Shown piece by piece: positions 1 to 8,285 of a stretch of 24,169 nucleotides of DNA. How positions within the stretch are numbered: the stretch's first letter is position 1; every line of letters starts with the position of its first letter. The notes below the pieces were generated by a model. It was not told the origin of the DNA. It saw only the letters and a program-made list of their open reading frames with translations, and did no database searches. A program made the translations under genes and the position numbers. Origin of the DNA: a virus (Duplodnaviria > Caudoviricetes); the IMG/VR virus record IMGVR_UViG_3300006924_000175, positions 1 to 24,169 of that record; one strand, given 5' to 3'.

Positions 1-298
1 CCTTTGCTTCGGCTCCTTCACGCTCGACGATAGCGCGGTCAACTTTGATGTCACCACCAAAGAGCTTTAGGCTCTCAGATTGCTGACTGACTTCGCCATA
101 ACTTTCGGCAAGAGCGCCATTATAATTGCGGAATCCCACGTTAGGGAGACTCTCTTCACGCTTCCAGAAAAGGCCATTGCCTTCAATAGAGCGGAAGGGG
201 AGTACGGACATGAGCTGACCAGCGGCCAGTTCAGTCACAACAGCCAACTCTTGTGGAGTAGAGGCGTGTTTCTGAGCTTCAAGCAGAGTAAGTGCCAT
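1..298 (-). CDS. Major capsid protein, N-terminal 99 codons (runs off window)
   Basis: Absent from the ORF track. Hand translation from ATG 298 gives MALTLLEAQKHASTPQELAVVTELAAGQLMSVLPFRSIEGNGLFWKREESLPNVGFRNYNGALAESYGEVSQQSESLKLFGGDIKVDRAIV. The LPF..I.GN...RE..LP.VGFR and GGD..VD patterns are typical of a phage major capsid family. It lies directly downstream of the scaffold-like gene and has AGGA upstream of the ATG. Confidence 0.85.
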   Translation of the reverse strand, partial: MALTLLEAQKHASTPQELAVVTELAAGQLMSVLPFRSIEGNGLFWKREESLPNVGFRNYNGALAESYGEVSQQSESLKLFGGDIKVDRAIVEREGAEAK

Positions 299-329
299 TT
301 TGTTTCCTAAAGATGATTGAACAAAGATT

Positions 330-413
330 GGGTGTTAGCGCTTCAGATACTGTCACAGTAGCTTCGGCAATCGCACCCTTCCAGTCCACTCCATCTCAGA
401 GTTTCCTTTCTGG
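330..413 (-). promoter_or_regulatory. Structured 5' leader of the capsid gene (two extended hairpins with GNGAY loops)
   Basis: Minus strand reads CCAG..ACTCT-GAGAT-GGAGT..CTGG and GGGTG..TACT-GTGAC-AGTA..CACCC. Confidence 0.55.
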
Positions 414-423
414 GCTGCTAATA

Positions 424-433
424 CTAGAGTACC
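424..433 (-). promoter_or_regulatory. Late-promoter-like motif GGTACTCTAG
   Basis: Member of the recurring GG-HANNMT-AG motif; 125 nt upstream of the capsid ATG. Confidence 0.65.
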
Positions 434-440
434 GATATCA

Positions 441-467
441 ATAAAAACGGAGCCAAAAGACTCCGTT
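441..467 (-). terminator. Intrinsic terminator after the scaffold gene
   Basis: AACGGAG-TCTTTTGG-CTCCGTT followed by TTTAT on the minus strand. Confidence 0.7.
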
Positions 468-492
468 GAATATTCATTTAAGACCTCAACAC

Positions 493-1218
493 TTAACTGC
501 CGAATGCACGCTGGAACAGCTCCGTCGAAGACAAGCTTGACAGGTCTTCGGAAGGCATTCCGTTAGCGTCTGTGCCGCCATAGCCGATGCCAGCTCCAGC
601 TCCTTTAGTGCCTTTAAAAAAAGTGCCATAGATAGGATGCACTTTGTACGATCCGATGAAGTCCGCTGCTGAGATACGCTTGCCAGACTCTTTGTCAAGA
701 ACTGGATCGCCAGCTGCATCGATGACTGTCAACGAACCGTCAGCCTCTTGGCGGAAGTTACCACCGATCTGCTGGGCCATCATGTCAAAGAAACTTACGC
801 CATCAGCTGCATCTGTACGGCCACCTGCTTCGTGAAACACTTTTTCCAAAGCGTACTTCTTCTGATAATCAGCAAGGGCATTTTTTGCTGCAGTAGCTTC
901 GATTGCAGCTGCCTCAGCCTGTTTACTGTATTTTAATTCGATAGCCTCTTTGGCCTCACCGAATTGAGCTTGCAACTGAGCACCTTTAGCAGCTTCGGCT
1001 TGCATTGAAGTCCACTCATCTGGATTTACGTCGGCGAAACGCTCTAGTTGAGCAGCTTGCTCTTTAACCTGCTTTTCGTATTGTTTTCTTGACTCACGCT
1101 CAGCCTTGAGAGCCTTCAAAAGATTCTCAGCCTCCGAACGAGGCATCATGTCGTCATTGGTGTTAGAGTTTTGAGGAGTGCTAACTTCCGTCTCGGGAGT
1201 CGTGTTCTCGTCAGCCAT
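493..1218 (-). CDS. Capsid scaffolding protein
   Basis: 241 aa with an acidic disordered N-terminus, a coiled coil (LLKALKAERESRKQYEKQ) and a Gly-rich GAGAGIGYGG near the C-terminus; immediately upstream of the capsid gene. Confidence 0.75.
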   Translation of the reverse strand: MADENTTPETEVSTPQNSNTNDDMMPRSEAENLLKALKAERESRKQYEKQVKEQAAQLERFADVNPDEWTSMQAEAAKGAQLQAQFGEAKEAIELKYSKQAEAAAIEATAAKNALADYQKKYALEKVFHEAGGRTDAADGVSFFDMMAQQIGGNFRQEADGSLTVIDAAGDPVLDKESGKRISAADFIGSYKVHPIYGTFFKGTKGAGAGIGYGGTDANGMPSEDLSSLSSTELFQRAFGS

Positions 1219-1257
1219 GTCGAAAGCCAGGCATCACGCCTGATTGAATAGTTCGAC

Positions 1258-1267
1258 GTAGTATGCC
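1258..1267 (-). promoter_or_regulatory. Late-promoter-like motif GGCATACTAC
   Basis: 39 nt upstream of the scaffold ATG; the intervening leader holds the hairpin CAGGC-GTGAT-GCCTG. Confidence 0.6.
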
Positions 1268-1269
1268 AA

Positions 1270-1446
1270 TCAAGGCCCAATCCCATCAGAAAGGCAATCG
1301 CAGTAATCCTCCCTAAAGGTATAACCAGCTGGGCAGTAGTCTGCTGGATCAGCTGGCAAACTTTGCCCTTCACATTCACCCCACTTGCAACGAGGCTTTT
1401 TATTGCAAGTTGTCATGTCACCAGTATTTGGACAGATAGCAGTCAT
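1270..1446 (-). CDS. Small Cys-rich protein (58 aa, 7 Cys)
   Basis: Below the ORF-track cutoff. MTAICPNTGDMTTCNKKPRCKWGECEGQSLPADPADYCPAGYTFREDYCDCLSDGIGP. The ATG abuts the upstream stop (TAGATG) and the ORF fills the gap exactly. Confidence 0.7.
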   Translation of the reverse strand: MTAICPNTGDMTTCNKKPRCKWGECEGQSLPADPADYCPAGYTFREDYCDCLSDGIGP

Positions 1447-1803
1447 CTACCTGCTCCACTTCTTCTTGGGGCATAGCTCGTCAGGATTACCACCAACCCA
1501 AGTCTTTGCTTCCATGAAACAGCCACATTCAGAGCAGCGCTTGCTTTCTTCTAAAAAGTAAGGGCATTCCTTACAGGTGGCGTAACGTTCTTCCCTGATT
1601 TTACCGCTAACTTTACCATGGCGAATGGCTTGGCCGGTCGTTTTCATGAGACCTTTAGCCATATCATTGAAGGTAGCCTTTACGGGCTTAGACGTCTTAC
1701 CATTCATTCGGACCAGAAGATCGTCATGGCGCTCCTTTGGCCAGGCAGAGACCGGACCAGTAGGATATACTTCAGCTGATTTCAGCTCTTCCCTGATGTT
1801 CAT
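1447..1803 (-). CDS. Cys-motif protein, DUF6171-like (putative metal binding)
   Basis: C-terminal R..CxxC...RCxxCGCF..K...CP..KW pattern. Start placed at ATG 1803, 18 nt from the promoter motif. Confidence 0.7.
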   Translation of the reverse strand: MNIREELKSAEVYPTGPVSAWPKERHDDLLVRMNGKTSKPVKATFNDMAKGLMKTTGQAIRHGKVSGKIREERYATCKECPYFLEESKRCSECGCFMEAKTWVGGNPDELCPKKKWSR

Positions 1804-1821
1804 TCCTAACAGCAACCTGGG

Positions 1822-1831
1822 CTAGTGTACC
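1822..1831 (-). promoter_or_regulatory. Late-promoter-like motif GGTACACTAG
   Basis: 18 nt before ATG 1803. Confidence 0.65.
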
Positions 1832-1833
1832 GA

Positions 1834-3366
1834 TCAGGATTTGAGGCGATAATCTGATGATGTGGTGTTGTAATACATAGCACCAGAAGTGACGCCGCCA
1901 GTGCCAGCCGCTGCATCGTCTGCATATTCTCCAATCCCCAAAGCTGCTCTAGGGTTTGACCATGACAAGACTCCACTGCCATTAGTCGTCAATACCTCAT
2001 CTGAAGAGCCGTCGACTAAAGGCAGTGTGTAAGTCTGATCGACGCTGTATGATGAGGGGAGTTTAAAGCCTAAATAATTACCTGTAGGGGTAGATGCTCT
2101 ACCGTCACCAGATTCAAATCGCACTTCAGGAGTGTTGTCAGTAGCCGAGTTCACACCTCCTATACGCAAGCAGACCCCGCTAGTAGCAGTTACTCCGGCT
2201 CCTTTCGTAGGATGTACATTGAAATAACAGGAGTCTGAACTATCCGTAGTGTAAACTCCCGCTCCATATGTAGAGCTAGCATAAACCTTCCACTCTTCTC
2301 CCGATGGGACGTCTGCACTAGAAAAAGGAATCTGATCTAAATCAGTAATTTCAAGAGATCCCGAAGAATAACTTGTTCCTTCGAGTACGCTATAGGCAAG
2401 ACTTCCATCGGCTGGAGGATAGAATCTTGGCCATCCAGGCACCCATTTGTTCCCATTATATACTAACCCCATAAGAGGAAGAAGATCTACTTGGACTGCG
2501 TCAACAGCTGCGTCATAATCTGCTTCTACAATTGTTGAAGTAGTCATCGAAGTAATCGGACTATCTGTCTGGCAAATCCTTAAATCGTCATAGTATTTGT
2601 TGTGACTCGTACCCGAGCTCGAACTAGCCCAAGCATATTTCAAGACCTGAGACTCTGTTGAATAAGCAGCCAATGCTTGAGGCCACGTCTCGTTGATCAC
2701 AGCAATACTGCCGTCAACCCAAACAGACACCGAGGCCGGAACTCTAGTCAATCCACTCGATGACCCAAAGTCAACTTGCACTGCAAAATGATGCCACTGG
2801 TTTGCTGCTATGGTAGGGCGAGTTCCGACTTCATTAAAAGTATTGTTACTGTATAGGCCAAAGCCAGTATCTCTAGTATAAATACTGTAGCCAGCACCGG
2901 AACTAAGAGATGGCAACGTGCCGCCTAGTGAAACTCTATAGGTTGAATCAAGAGCATTGGTGTTATAGACCCAAAAGGACCAACAGTCATATCGTTTCGT
3001 AGTAGACTGAAGAACTGTTCCAAAATCTAGGGACCCATAAGAATCGGTTCCTTTGAATGAAGTAGTACCAGTCTTGGCTTGATCTGTGCTCGCGCTGCCT
3101 GTTTTTGTAACATACGGGTAAAGCCCCTCGAAATCAGCCGAGAAAGCTGGCGAGGGATTTGTTGTATTGACGTCATTTAGAGCGCCTAGAGTGGCAGCGC
3201 CACCACCACCACTAATCTCTCTTATGGAATTATCAGTATGCTTAACAAAAAGTTTTCCATCGGCTGTATTTACAGCAAGTTCTGCAACTTCAAGATCAGA
3301 GGACGATGGAACCTCACTAGCTACACTGCTTTTCTTGGGCTTGATGGGAGCAGTAAGATCAGCCAT
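1834..3366 (-). CDS. Tail fiber / receptor-binding protein with LamG (ConA-like) domain
   Basis: N-terminal KKSS...P....L..AELAVNTADGKLFVK fiber module; LamG-like WSFWVY...NQWHHFAV...VWVDG...DDLRI; cyanophage-type fiber repeat TYTLP..DG....VLTTNGSGVLSW. Confidence 0.8.
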   Translation of the reverse strand: MADLTAPIKPKKSSVASEVPSSSDLEVAELAVNTADGKLFVKHTDNSIREISGGGGAATLGALNDVNTTNPSPAFSADFEGLYPYVTKTGSASTDQAKTGTTSFKGTDSYGSLDFGTVLQSTTKRYDCWSFWVYNTNALDSTYRVSLGGTLPSLSSGAGYSIYTRDTGFGLYSNNTFNEVGTRPTIAANQWHHFAVQVDFGSSSGLTRVPASVSVWVDGSIAVINETWPQALAAYSTESQVLKYAWASSSSGTSHNKYYDDLRICQTDSPITSMTTSTIVEADYDAAVDAVQVDLLPLMGLVYNGNKWVPGWPRFYPPADGSLAYSVLEGTSYSSGSLEITDLDQIPFSSADVPSGEEWKVYASSTYGAGVYTTDSSDSCYFNVHPTKGAGVTATSGVCLRIGGVNSATDNTPEVRFESGDGRASTPTGNYLGFKLPSSYSVDQTYTLPLVDGSSDEVLTTNGSGVLSWSNPRAALGIGEYADDAAAGTGGVTSGAMYYNTTSSDYRLKS

Positions 3367-3385
3367 TCGAGTAATTTAGTCTGGG

Positions 3386-3395
3386 CTAGTATTCC
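3386..3395 (-). promoter_or_regulatory. Late-promoter-like motif GGAATACTAG
   Basis: 19 nt before ATG 3366; overlaps the upstream stop codon. Confidence 0.65.
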
Positions 3396-4558
3396 TAGCC
3401 GCTGCCAAAGGTCCCCCCAGAAACAGAAGTGATTGCTTGATTCCCATAGGTTGTAATGCCTATAGCTGAATTTACATCATTCCCAGCCTGACTCCTGACC
3501 GCTGCGTAAATAGCCTCAGTAACGGAAGTGTCATTATTAAAATAGGAAGTACTTGGAGTCGCTACTAAAGTGCTCCCAGCAGTAATATAAAATTCCGCCA
3601 AAACACCAGAACCTGTAGAAGGATCAGCAGAATAAGATCTACTGGAGTCTGATGTTCTTTCTGCAGCAGAACCGTAAAGAACAATCCAAGCGTCTAAAGA
3701 TGATGTAACTTTTAAGATAGTCCCAGAGTGTCCGAGCCCGACAAAAGTAGCTACACCAGAAGAAGCCGTTTGAGTCTCTGTTAGTCGAGTAGTTGTAGAT
3801 CCACCGCCACCGCCACCAGTAGCGTCAGCCCATACAGGGAGCCCACTAGAACATGTCAATACTTGAGACTCATTCCCGATGCCCAGCCTTATTGTTGATC
3901 CTCCAGACCTTATTACGACATCGCCATTAGTCGTTAGTGGATCAGTGTAACCTCCACCTCCAGCCGAATTGATCGGTTGCCACTCTGAATCCGCATTAAC
4001 CCAGGTCAGAACTTGCCCGTCTGTAGGCGGATTTGTAGTAGTGTCTACATCGGACAGATCACCAATAGAGCCAACCGTGCTTGGAGTTGCCCACGACAAG
4101 CCTCCACTGCCGTCTGTAGTAAGGGCTTGTCCACTTGACCCAGTATCGCCAGGAAGAACAAGAGTGTATGTTGCGCCAGCACTATGAGGAGGCGCTTTAA
4201 TCTTAACGCCGTGAGTATTTGCTTCGCAGTTTAACTGAATGGCCGCATCATTACCAGTGTTCCCTCTTAGTTCAAGAACACCTGTAGTGTCAGGTGCTAT
4301 TTGAACGTTGCCTGCACTGGTAGTTATAATTTCAAAACTATTAGTGTCTAAAGAACCACCAAGCTGAGGACTTGTATCACTTACTAAATTAACTTGAGTT
4401 ACTGTTGCGGTAAGAGCTCCACCTTCTATTATGTATAATACGTCAAGGTCTGTCGCGTAACACAGCTCACCTTCTTCAAGACTCGCTAATCCCGCCGTCA
4501 GAGCAGACAACGTACCGCGAGCTACTCGTACAGGTACGCGATAAGAAGGGACTGTCAT
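3395..4558 (-). CDS. Tail fiber protein
   Basis: Mtd_N-like start (VRVARGT...LEEGELCYATD..LYI), DTSPQLGG.LD motif, YTLVLP.DTGSSGQALTTDGSGGLSW repeat, LSDVD and DGQVL.W motifs; Gly/Ser/Thr rich. Confidence 0.8.
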   Translation of the reverse strand: MTVPSYRVPVRVARGTLSALTAGLASLEEGELCYATDLDVLYIIEGGALTATVTQVNLVSDTSPQLGGSLDTNSFEIITTSAGNVQIAPDTTGVLELRGNTGNDAAIQLNCEANTHGVKIKAPPHSAGATYTLVLPGDTGSSGQALTTDGSGGLSWATPSTVGSIGDLSDVDTTTNPPTDGQVLTWVNADSEWQPINSAGGGGYTDPLTTNGDVVIRSGGSTIRLGIGNESQVLTCSSGLPVWADATGGGGGGSTTTRLTETQTASSGVATFVGLGHSGTILKVTSSLDAWIVLYGSAAERTSDSSRSYSADPSTGSGVLAEFYITAGSTLVATPSTSYFNNDTSVTEAIYAAVRSQAGNDVNSAIGITTYGNQAITSVSGGTFGSG

Positions 4559-4576
4559 AACAAGATTCTGCCTGGA

Positions 4577-4586
4577 CTAGAATGCC
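4577..4586 (-). promoter_or_regulatory. Late-promoter-like motif GGCATTCTAG
   Basis: 18 nt before ATG 4558. Confidence 0.65.
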
Positions 4587-4591
4587 GAAGA

Positions 4592-4873
4592 CTACGTGAA
4601 TTCACCACCATCAGGTACGGCTCCATCAGATGTTCCAGTGGTAAAGTCACCGCCACCCCAAAAGACCAATCCGCCAGAACCTCCTCCACCGCTAATTGTT
4701 ACAATATTTCCGAGAGAGTCGAGTGTGTACAGGCTTACAACAGAAGCTTCAAGACCTAAAACGATCTCTCCCTGAGTGATCTCGTCAGTTCCTCCGTTTT
4801 CAATAGCTGAAACAATATCAGCTGCAGCGTCGCTGGAATTCTTTAGTACTATGCGATCAGGAAATACAGCCAC
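4592..4873 (-). CDS. Small fiber-associated protein
   Basis: 93 aa; RIVLKNS...QGEIVL...LYT resembles the N-terminal module of the two downstream fibers. Confidence 0.6.
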   Translation of the reverse strand: MAVFPDRIVLKNSSDAAADIVSAIENGGTDEITQGEIVLGLEASVVSLYTLDSLGNIVTISGGGGSGGLVFWGGGDFTTGTSDGAVPDGGEFT

Positions 4874-4891
4874 AGCAGAACTAAAACTAGG

Positions 4892-4901
4892 CTAGGATTC
4901 C
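4892..4901 (-). promoter_or_regulatory. Late-promoter-like motif GGAATCCTAG
   Basis: 18 nt before GTG 4873. Confidence 0.65.
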
Positions 4902-4932
4902 AAAAAATGCAGGCATTAGCTACCTGACTACG

Positions 4933-6666
4933 TCAAGTGTGACCCTCAGCTGCTTTAAATGCAACCAACTTCGCGTTGGCGTCAGCGGCTGCATCGGAGG
5001 AGGTATCTCCATACCCGACAATGAGAAAAGTTCCGAGAGGTACGGTAGTCCTTATTGAGTTGTCATGTTGTCTACTATAGCTGTAGCTTCCTTCGAATCT
5101 TTGCCGCCCGTGCCTACCTCCAATAGGGCTACCATCTCTTCTGAGCGGATTAAAAAAATCGTAGCCTGCGTCGTTAAAACAGCCGAGAGCAGGCTCACAA
5201 CCGGCATAATACGAAGAACACTGACTCCAAGGGCCATTAGATCCTGCTTTCACCCATTGATAAGCCAGCCCAAGGTCGTTCGGGTCCGCTAAATTTCCAC
5301 TCCATTGCCCAGGTATGGTACTGCCTTTAGTGATTGGCCCGATAGAGCACCCACCTATGGCCGATGGATTTGAGGTGGCTTCCAAAACCAATTGCACCAA
5401 AATTGCGCGATAGTATTTATTGCATTTTGGATCAGGAACACACTTTCCTGTAGTTTCATTACAGATCTGGCAATCGGGGCAATCGTTGTCGCAGTTGCAA
5501 TCACAGAATCCACAGGTATCAGGAACACCTGACTTATCACAGTCTGTCCTGATGTGGCAGGTCTTGCCTCCTGCCGTGATAAATCCATTACCCGTACAAG
5601 TACTTTTAGCTGGACAAGGCGGCTCTGGCTGATCACCTTCGCACCAAGTAACGCCTGTACATTTCCCTTCACAAGGATCAGCTCCTGGCGGAGTTCCACA
5701 TTCCTTGGCACAATCTACGCTATCGCGACATTCGGTAAATCCTTTTGTTTGATCACACGCAGAATAGCAGCATACTACCTTAATAGTGCCACAATCGCAA
5801 GGTGCAAATGTTGTGTAACAAGTCTGACACGAACTGCAGTCATCTCTACAAACTCCGTCGTCACCACATACGTCACACTTTAGATGGCATCGATTTCCTT
5901 CGCAATGACAAGGAGCATCATATGATTTTTTACAATTGTATGCTCCGTTGTCACCCTCGCGACAATCTTCACATTCACTACAACTGTTTCCGTCATGGCA
6001 CCCTGCGCCTAGTTCACCATTAGCAGATAAATAATCAGCACACCATTTGTTGCAATCGCCAGGAGGAGGAGGACAGTCTCCGCAAAAACATTGAACAAAT
6101 CCTCCTCCCCCGAACCTGCAACAGCGCCCCTGACCACAACAAATATCAGGATCGTTGTTTCCGATTTTTCCATAACCTCCGCATCCAGTCTTCAAGCATT
6201 TGCCGTTAAGAGATACTCCCCAGAGTCCCCATCCGGAATTGCCCTCAGCCTTTTTCAAAAGCTCGCGCTTGACAACATCTCCGGCTCTTACTTGTCCAGA
6301 GGAAGGATCATTTTGATCTACTGTGAGCTCGTTGTAAAATTCAATAAACTCTTCTTCTCCTGTAAAAATATATTGATCCGTTCCAGTCCCACAAAGCCCT
6401 CCACCCCCTCCAGAACTACCTCCGCTGCTACCGGTTCCGCAACCCGTATCGTCTCCATAACTACGAGAGCCAGCGCTAGCGCCTTTCTGCCGACAGATTC
6501 CGCCGCTACATCGCCACCCCGATCCACAGTCACTGCTATCTATGCAGCCCTGATGATTGGATCCTACTATCTGAAGCCGATTACCTACGTTGCCACCATT
6601 TATAAAATCCCAAGCAGCATCTTGACGTTTGTTATTATTACTTTTGCTATAAAAAGAATCCGACAT
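4933..6666 (-). CDS. Cysteine-rich putative virion/tail protein (577 aa)
   Basis: About 59 Cys by hand count, in CxxC, CxC and CC patterns, with Gly linkers; lies within the tail tip/fiber cluster. Confidence 0.75.
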   Translation of the reverse strand: MSDSFYSKSNNNKRQDAAWDFINGGNVGNRLQIVGSNHQGCIDSSDCGSGWRCSGGICRQKGASAGSRSYGDDTGCGTGSSGGSSGGGGGLCGTGTDQYIFTGEEEFIEFYNELTVDQNDPSSGQVRAGDVVKRELLKKAEGNSGWGLWGVSLNGKCLKTGCGGYGKIGNNDPDICCGQGRCCRFGGGGFVQCFCGDCPPPPGDCNKWCADYLSANGELGAGCHDGNSCSECEDCREGDNGAYNCKKSYDAPCHCEGNRCHLKCDVCGDDGVCRDDCSSCQTCYTTFAPCDCGTIKVVCCYSACDQTKGFTECRDSVDCAKECGTPPGADPCEGKCTGVTWCEGDQPEPPCPAKSTCTGNGFITAGGKTCHIRTDCDKSGVPDTCGFCDCNCDNDCPDCQICNETTGKCVPDPKCNKYYRAILVQLVLEATSNPSAIGGCSIGPITKGSTIPGQWSGNLADPNDLGLAYQWVKAGSNGPWSQCSSYYAGCEPALGCFNDAGYDFFNPLRRDGSPIGGRHGRQRFEGSYSYSRQHDNSIRTTVPLGTFLIVGYGDTSSDAAADANAKLVAFKAAEGHT

Positions 6667-6684
6667 TTCGAATCCTGAACTGCG

Positions 6685-6694
6685 ATAGTATACC
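6685..6694 (-). promoter_or_regulatory. Late-promoter-like motif GGTATACTAT
   Basis: 18 nt before ATG 6666. Confidence 0.6.
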
Positions 6695-7035
6695 TAGTTT
6701 GTATAGAAACCAGACAGGGAATCTTTAGGCTGTCCTGTCCTTGGGTCTTCAATTACTCCTGATGTAAACACTCTCTTCCATTCAAGAGTATCAACGCCAG
6801 TCCCACTAGTTGTATTGACGAATACATAGGGAGTTGTGTAAAGCTGATCACCTGATAACACAAAAACCATTTGTCCTTCTACCGCACCTTCAAATGTTAC
6901 TGTCGTGATAGTCCCATCTACGACAGTGGTAAAAGGTTCGGGAGGCGCAACAGGCGATAGTAAGCCAATAACTGTTTTTACCTCGGCCCTTGAGACCGTA
7001 GAATTAGCTGCAATTATAGGGTTGTTTATGGCCAT
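6694..7035 (-). CDS. Hypothetical tail-associated protein
   Basis: 113 aa; coupled to the upstream gene by a TAATG overlap; begins MAIN like its neighbour. Confidence 0.65.
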   Translation of the reverse strand: MAINNPIIAANSTVSRAEVKTVIGLLSPVAPPEPFTTVVDGTITTVTFEGAVEGQMVFVLSGDQLYTTPYVFVNTTSGTGVDTLEWKRVFTSGVIEDPRTGQPKDSLSGFYTN

Positions 7036-7247
7036 TACATTGGAAGCATTCGAAGTCCAGAACGGCTTACGATATAAAGCTTCGTCGTATCATTGCTGCC
7101 ATTGTAGTAGGCTACAAGTTTGCCCGGCGTTTGAGCTGGACTAAGGAGTTCATCTGCAGCCGGAGGCTCTGTGTAAAGAACCTCTATAACAGCCTCTGTG
7201 TTGGTCTTGATTGACTGTGATGATATTGATAGTCGATTGATTGCCAT
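7035..7247 (-). CDS. Hypothetical tail-associated protein
   Basis: 70 aa; tightly packed in the operon. Confidence 0.6.
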   Translation of the reverse strand: MAINRLSISSQSIKTNTEAVIEVLYTEPPAADELLSPAQTPGKLVAYYNGSNDTTKLYIVSRSGLRMLPM

Positions 7248-7249
7248 AA

Positions 7250-7513
7250 TTAAAATTTGCTGTAGTAAATACCGTTAGCATAGCTAAGCTCAACCTCTGT
7301 CCCTCTAGGAACTGATGTGAATCCGATAGGCTTCGTAATGTAAGTTTTATTGTTATACAATACCAATCCTTCTCCTCTGTCACCCAGCTTTAACCAAAAA
7401 CCGGTCACACTACCAAGAAAATCACCGACAATCGTGATGTCAGAAGCGCGGAACTCAAGTTCCGCCATCCTGCTGGCCAGATTGGTTTGTTTTAGAGAAT
7501 CGAGTAGTGCCAT
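7250..7513 (-). CDS. Hypothetical tail-tip protein
   Basis: 87 aa, beta-rich; tightly packed in the operon. Confidence 0.6.
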   Translation of the reverse strand: MALLDSLKQTNLASRMAELEFRASDITIVGDFLGSVTGFWLKLGDRGEGLVLYNNKTYITKPIGFTSVPRGTEVELSYANGIYYSKF

Positions 7514-7515
7514 TA

Positions 7516-8253
7516 TTACACAGAGTAATATCCGAATTGTTTTAAATTCCAGTAAAAGACAGCTTCGTTTCCAGCTGTAAGAACAACGTCAGAAGATGTT
7601 TGCGCTACGGCGAGAATATTTCCGGCGTTGGTGGGAGTGTTGGCAGTCGCAACGGTAAGGGCAAGATTGCCTGCTCCTGCTACGACTGCTCCGAGTCCGC
7701 TCAAGGTGCCCTCTAATATAGTCAGGACATCAGCGGCTGCATAATTGTATCCGGGATAATTCACTGTCAATGCGTAATCAGAAGCACTTGCACCACTATT
7801 CGTAATCGTCAAGTCTACAGTCAGCCCAATCCCAGAGTTGTCAGTTGTGTCAATGGGTATATTCGTATAAGTGCCGTCGACTCCAGCAGAAGGAGCAGTT
7901 CCAACAGACCCAAGGGTTAGAACGTTGCCAAGGCTCCACACGAGTGCCGCATGAGAAAAGTCAATACTTGTACTACCTCCATCATGAGCAAAAATAGTAG
8001 CCTTTGTCGTCAGTCCTACTCCGTCATCAGAATAGTTACTAACATCGCTTGGGATGTAATTTATAACCTTACGTTTATATCCACCAGTGCCAGCCGTTAC
8101 CTCGAAACCCAAGAAGGTTGCGTCAACTGTGATCCCTGGCTCGTAAGTAGTGCCGCTGGCATCAATCAAGCGAGCCTCTAGGTATTTGCCTGAAAATCGA
8201 TCAGTAACCTGAGCCGTGAGTTCAGTGCTTGATATCTTAGCCGCGATTGCCAT
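7516..8253 (-). CDS. Tail/baseplate structural protein
   Basis: 245 aa, Thr/Gly/Ala rich, with a GTYTNI...G.GLTV...PGYNY...DVLTI beta-domain of a kind common in cyanophage structural proteins. Confidence 0.65.
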   Translation of the reverse strand: MAIAAKISSTELTAQVTDRFSGKYLEARLIDASGTTYEPGITVDATFLGFEVTAGTGGYKRKVINYIPSDVSNYSDDGVGLTTKATIFAHDGGSTSIDFSHAALVWSLGNVLTLGSVGTAPSAGVDGTYTNIPIDTTDNSGIGLTVDLTITNSGASASDYALTVNYPGYNYAAADVLTILEGTLSGLGAVVAGAGNLALTVATANTPTNAGNILAVAQTSSDVVLTAGNEAVFYWNLKQFGYYSV

Positions 8254-8273
8254 GGCACATCAGTAGAATCGAT

Positions 8274-8283
8274 GTAGGATTCC
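8274..8283 (-). promoter_or_regulatory. Late-promoter-like motif GGAATCCTAC
   Basis: 20 nt before ATG 8253. Confidence 0.6.
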
Positions 8284-8285
8284 TA

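Noticed and set aside
299-492. tRNA or known riboswitch in the capsid leader
   Set aside because: No cloverleaf, T-loop or recognisable aptamer consensus; only simple hairpins are supported.
1834-6666. Diversity-generating retroelement acting on the fibers (prompted by the Mtd_N-like modules)
   Set aside because: There is no reverse transcriptase in the window, and I saw no template/variable repeat pair differing at adenines. A self-alignment of the full genome would be needed to exclude it.
6091-6678. 195-aa plus-strand ORF and other antisense ORFs within structural genes (e.g. 12902..13339, 80..310, 23515..23883)
   Set aside because: They are shadow ORFs of well-supported opposite-strand genes.
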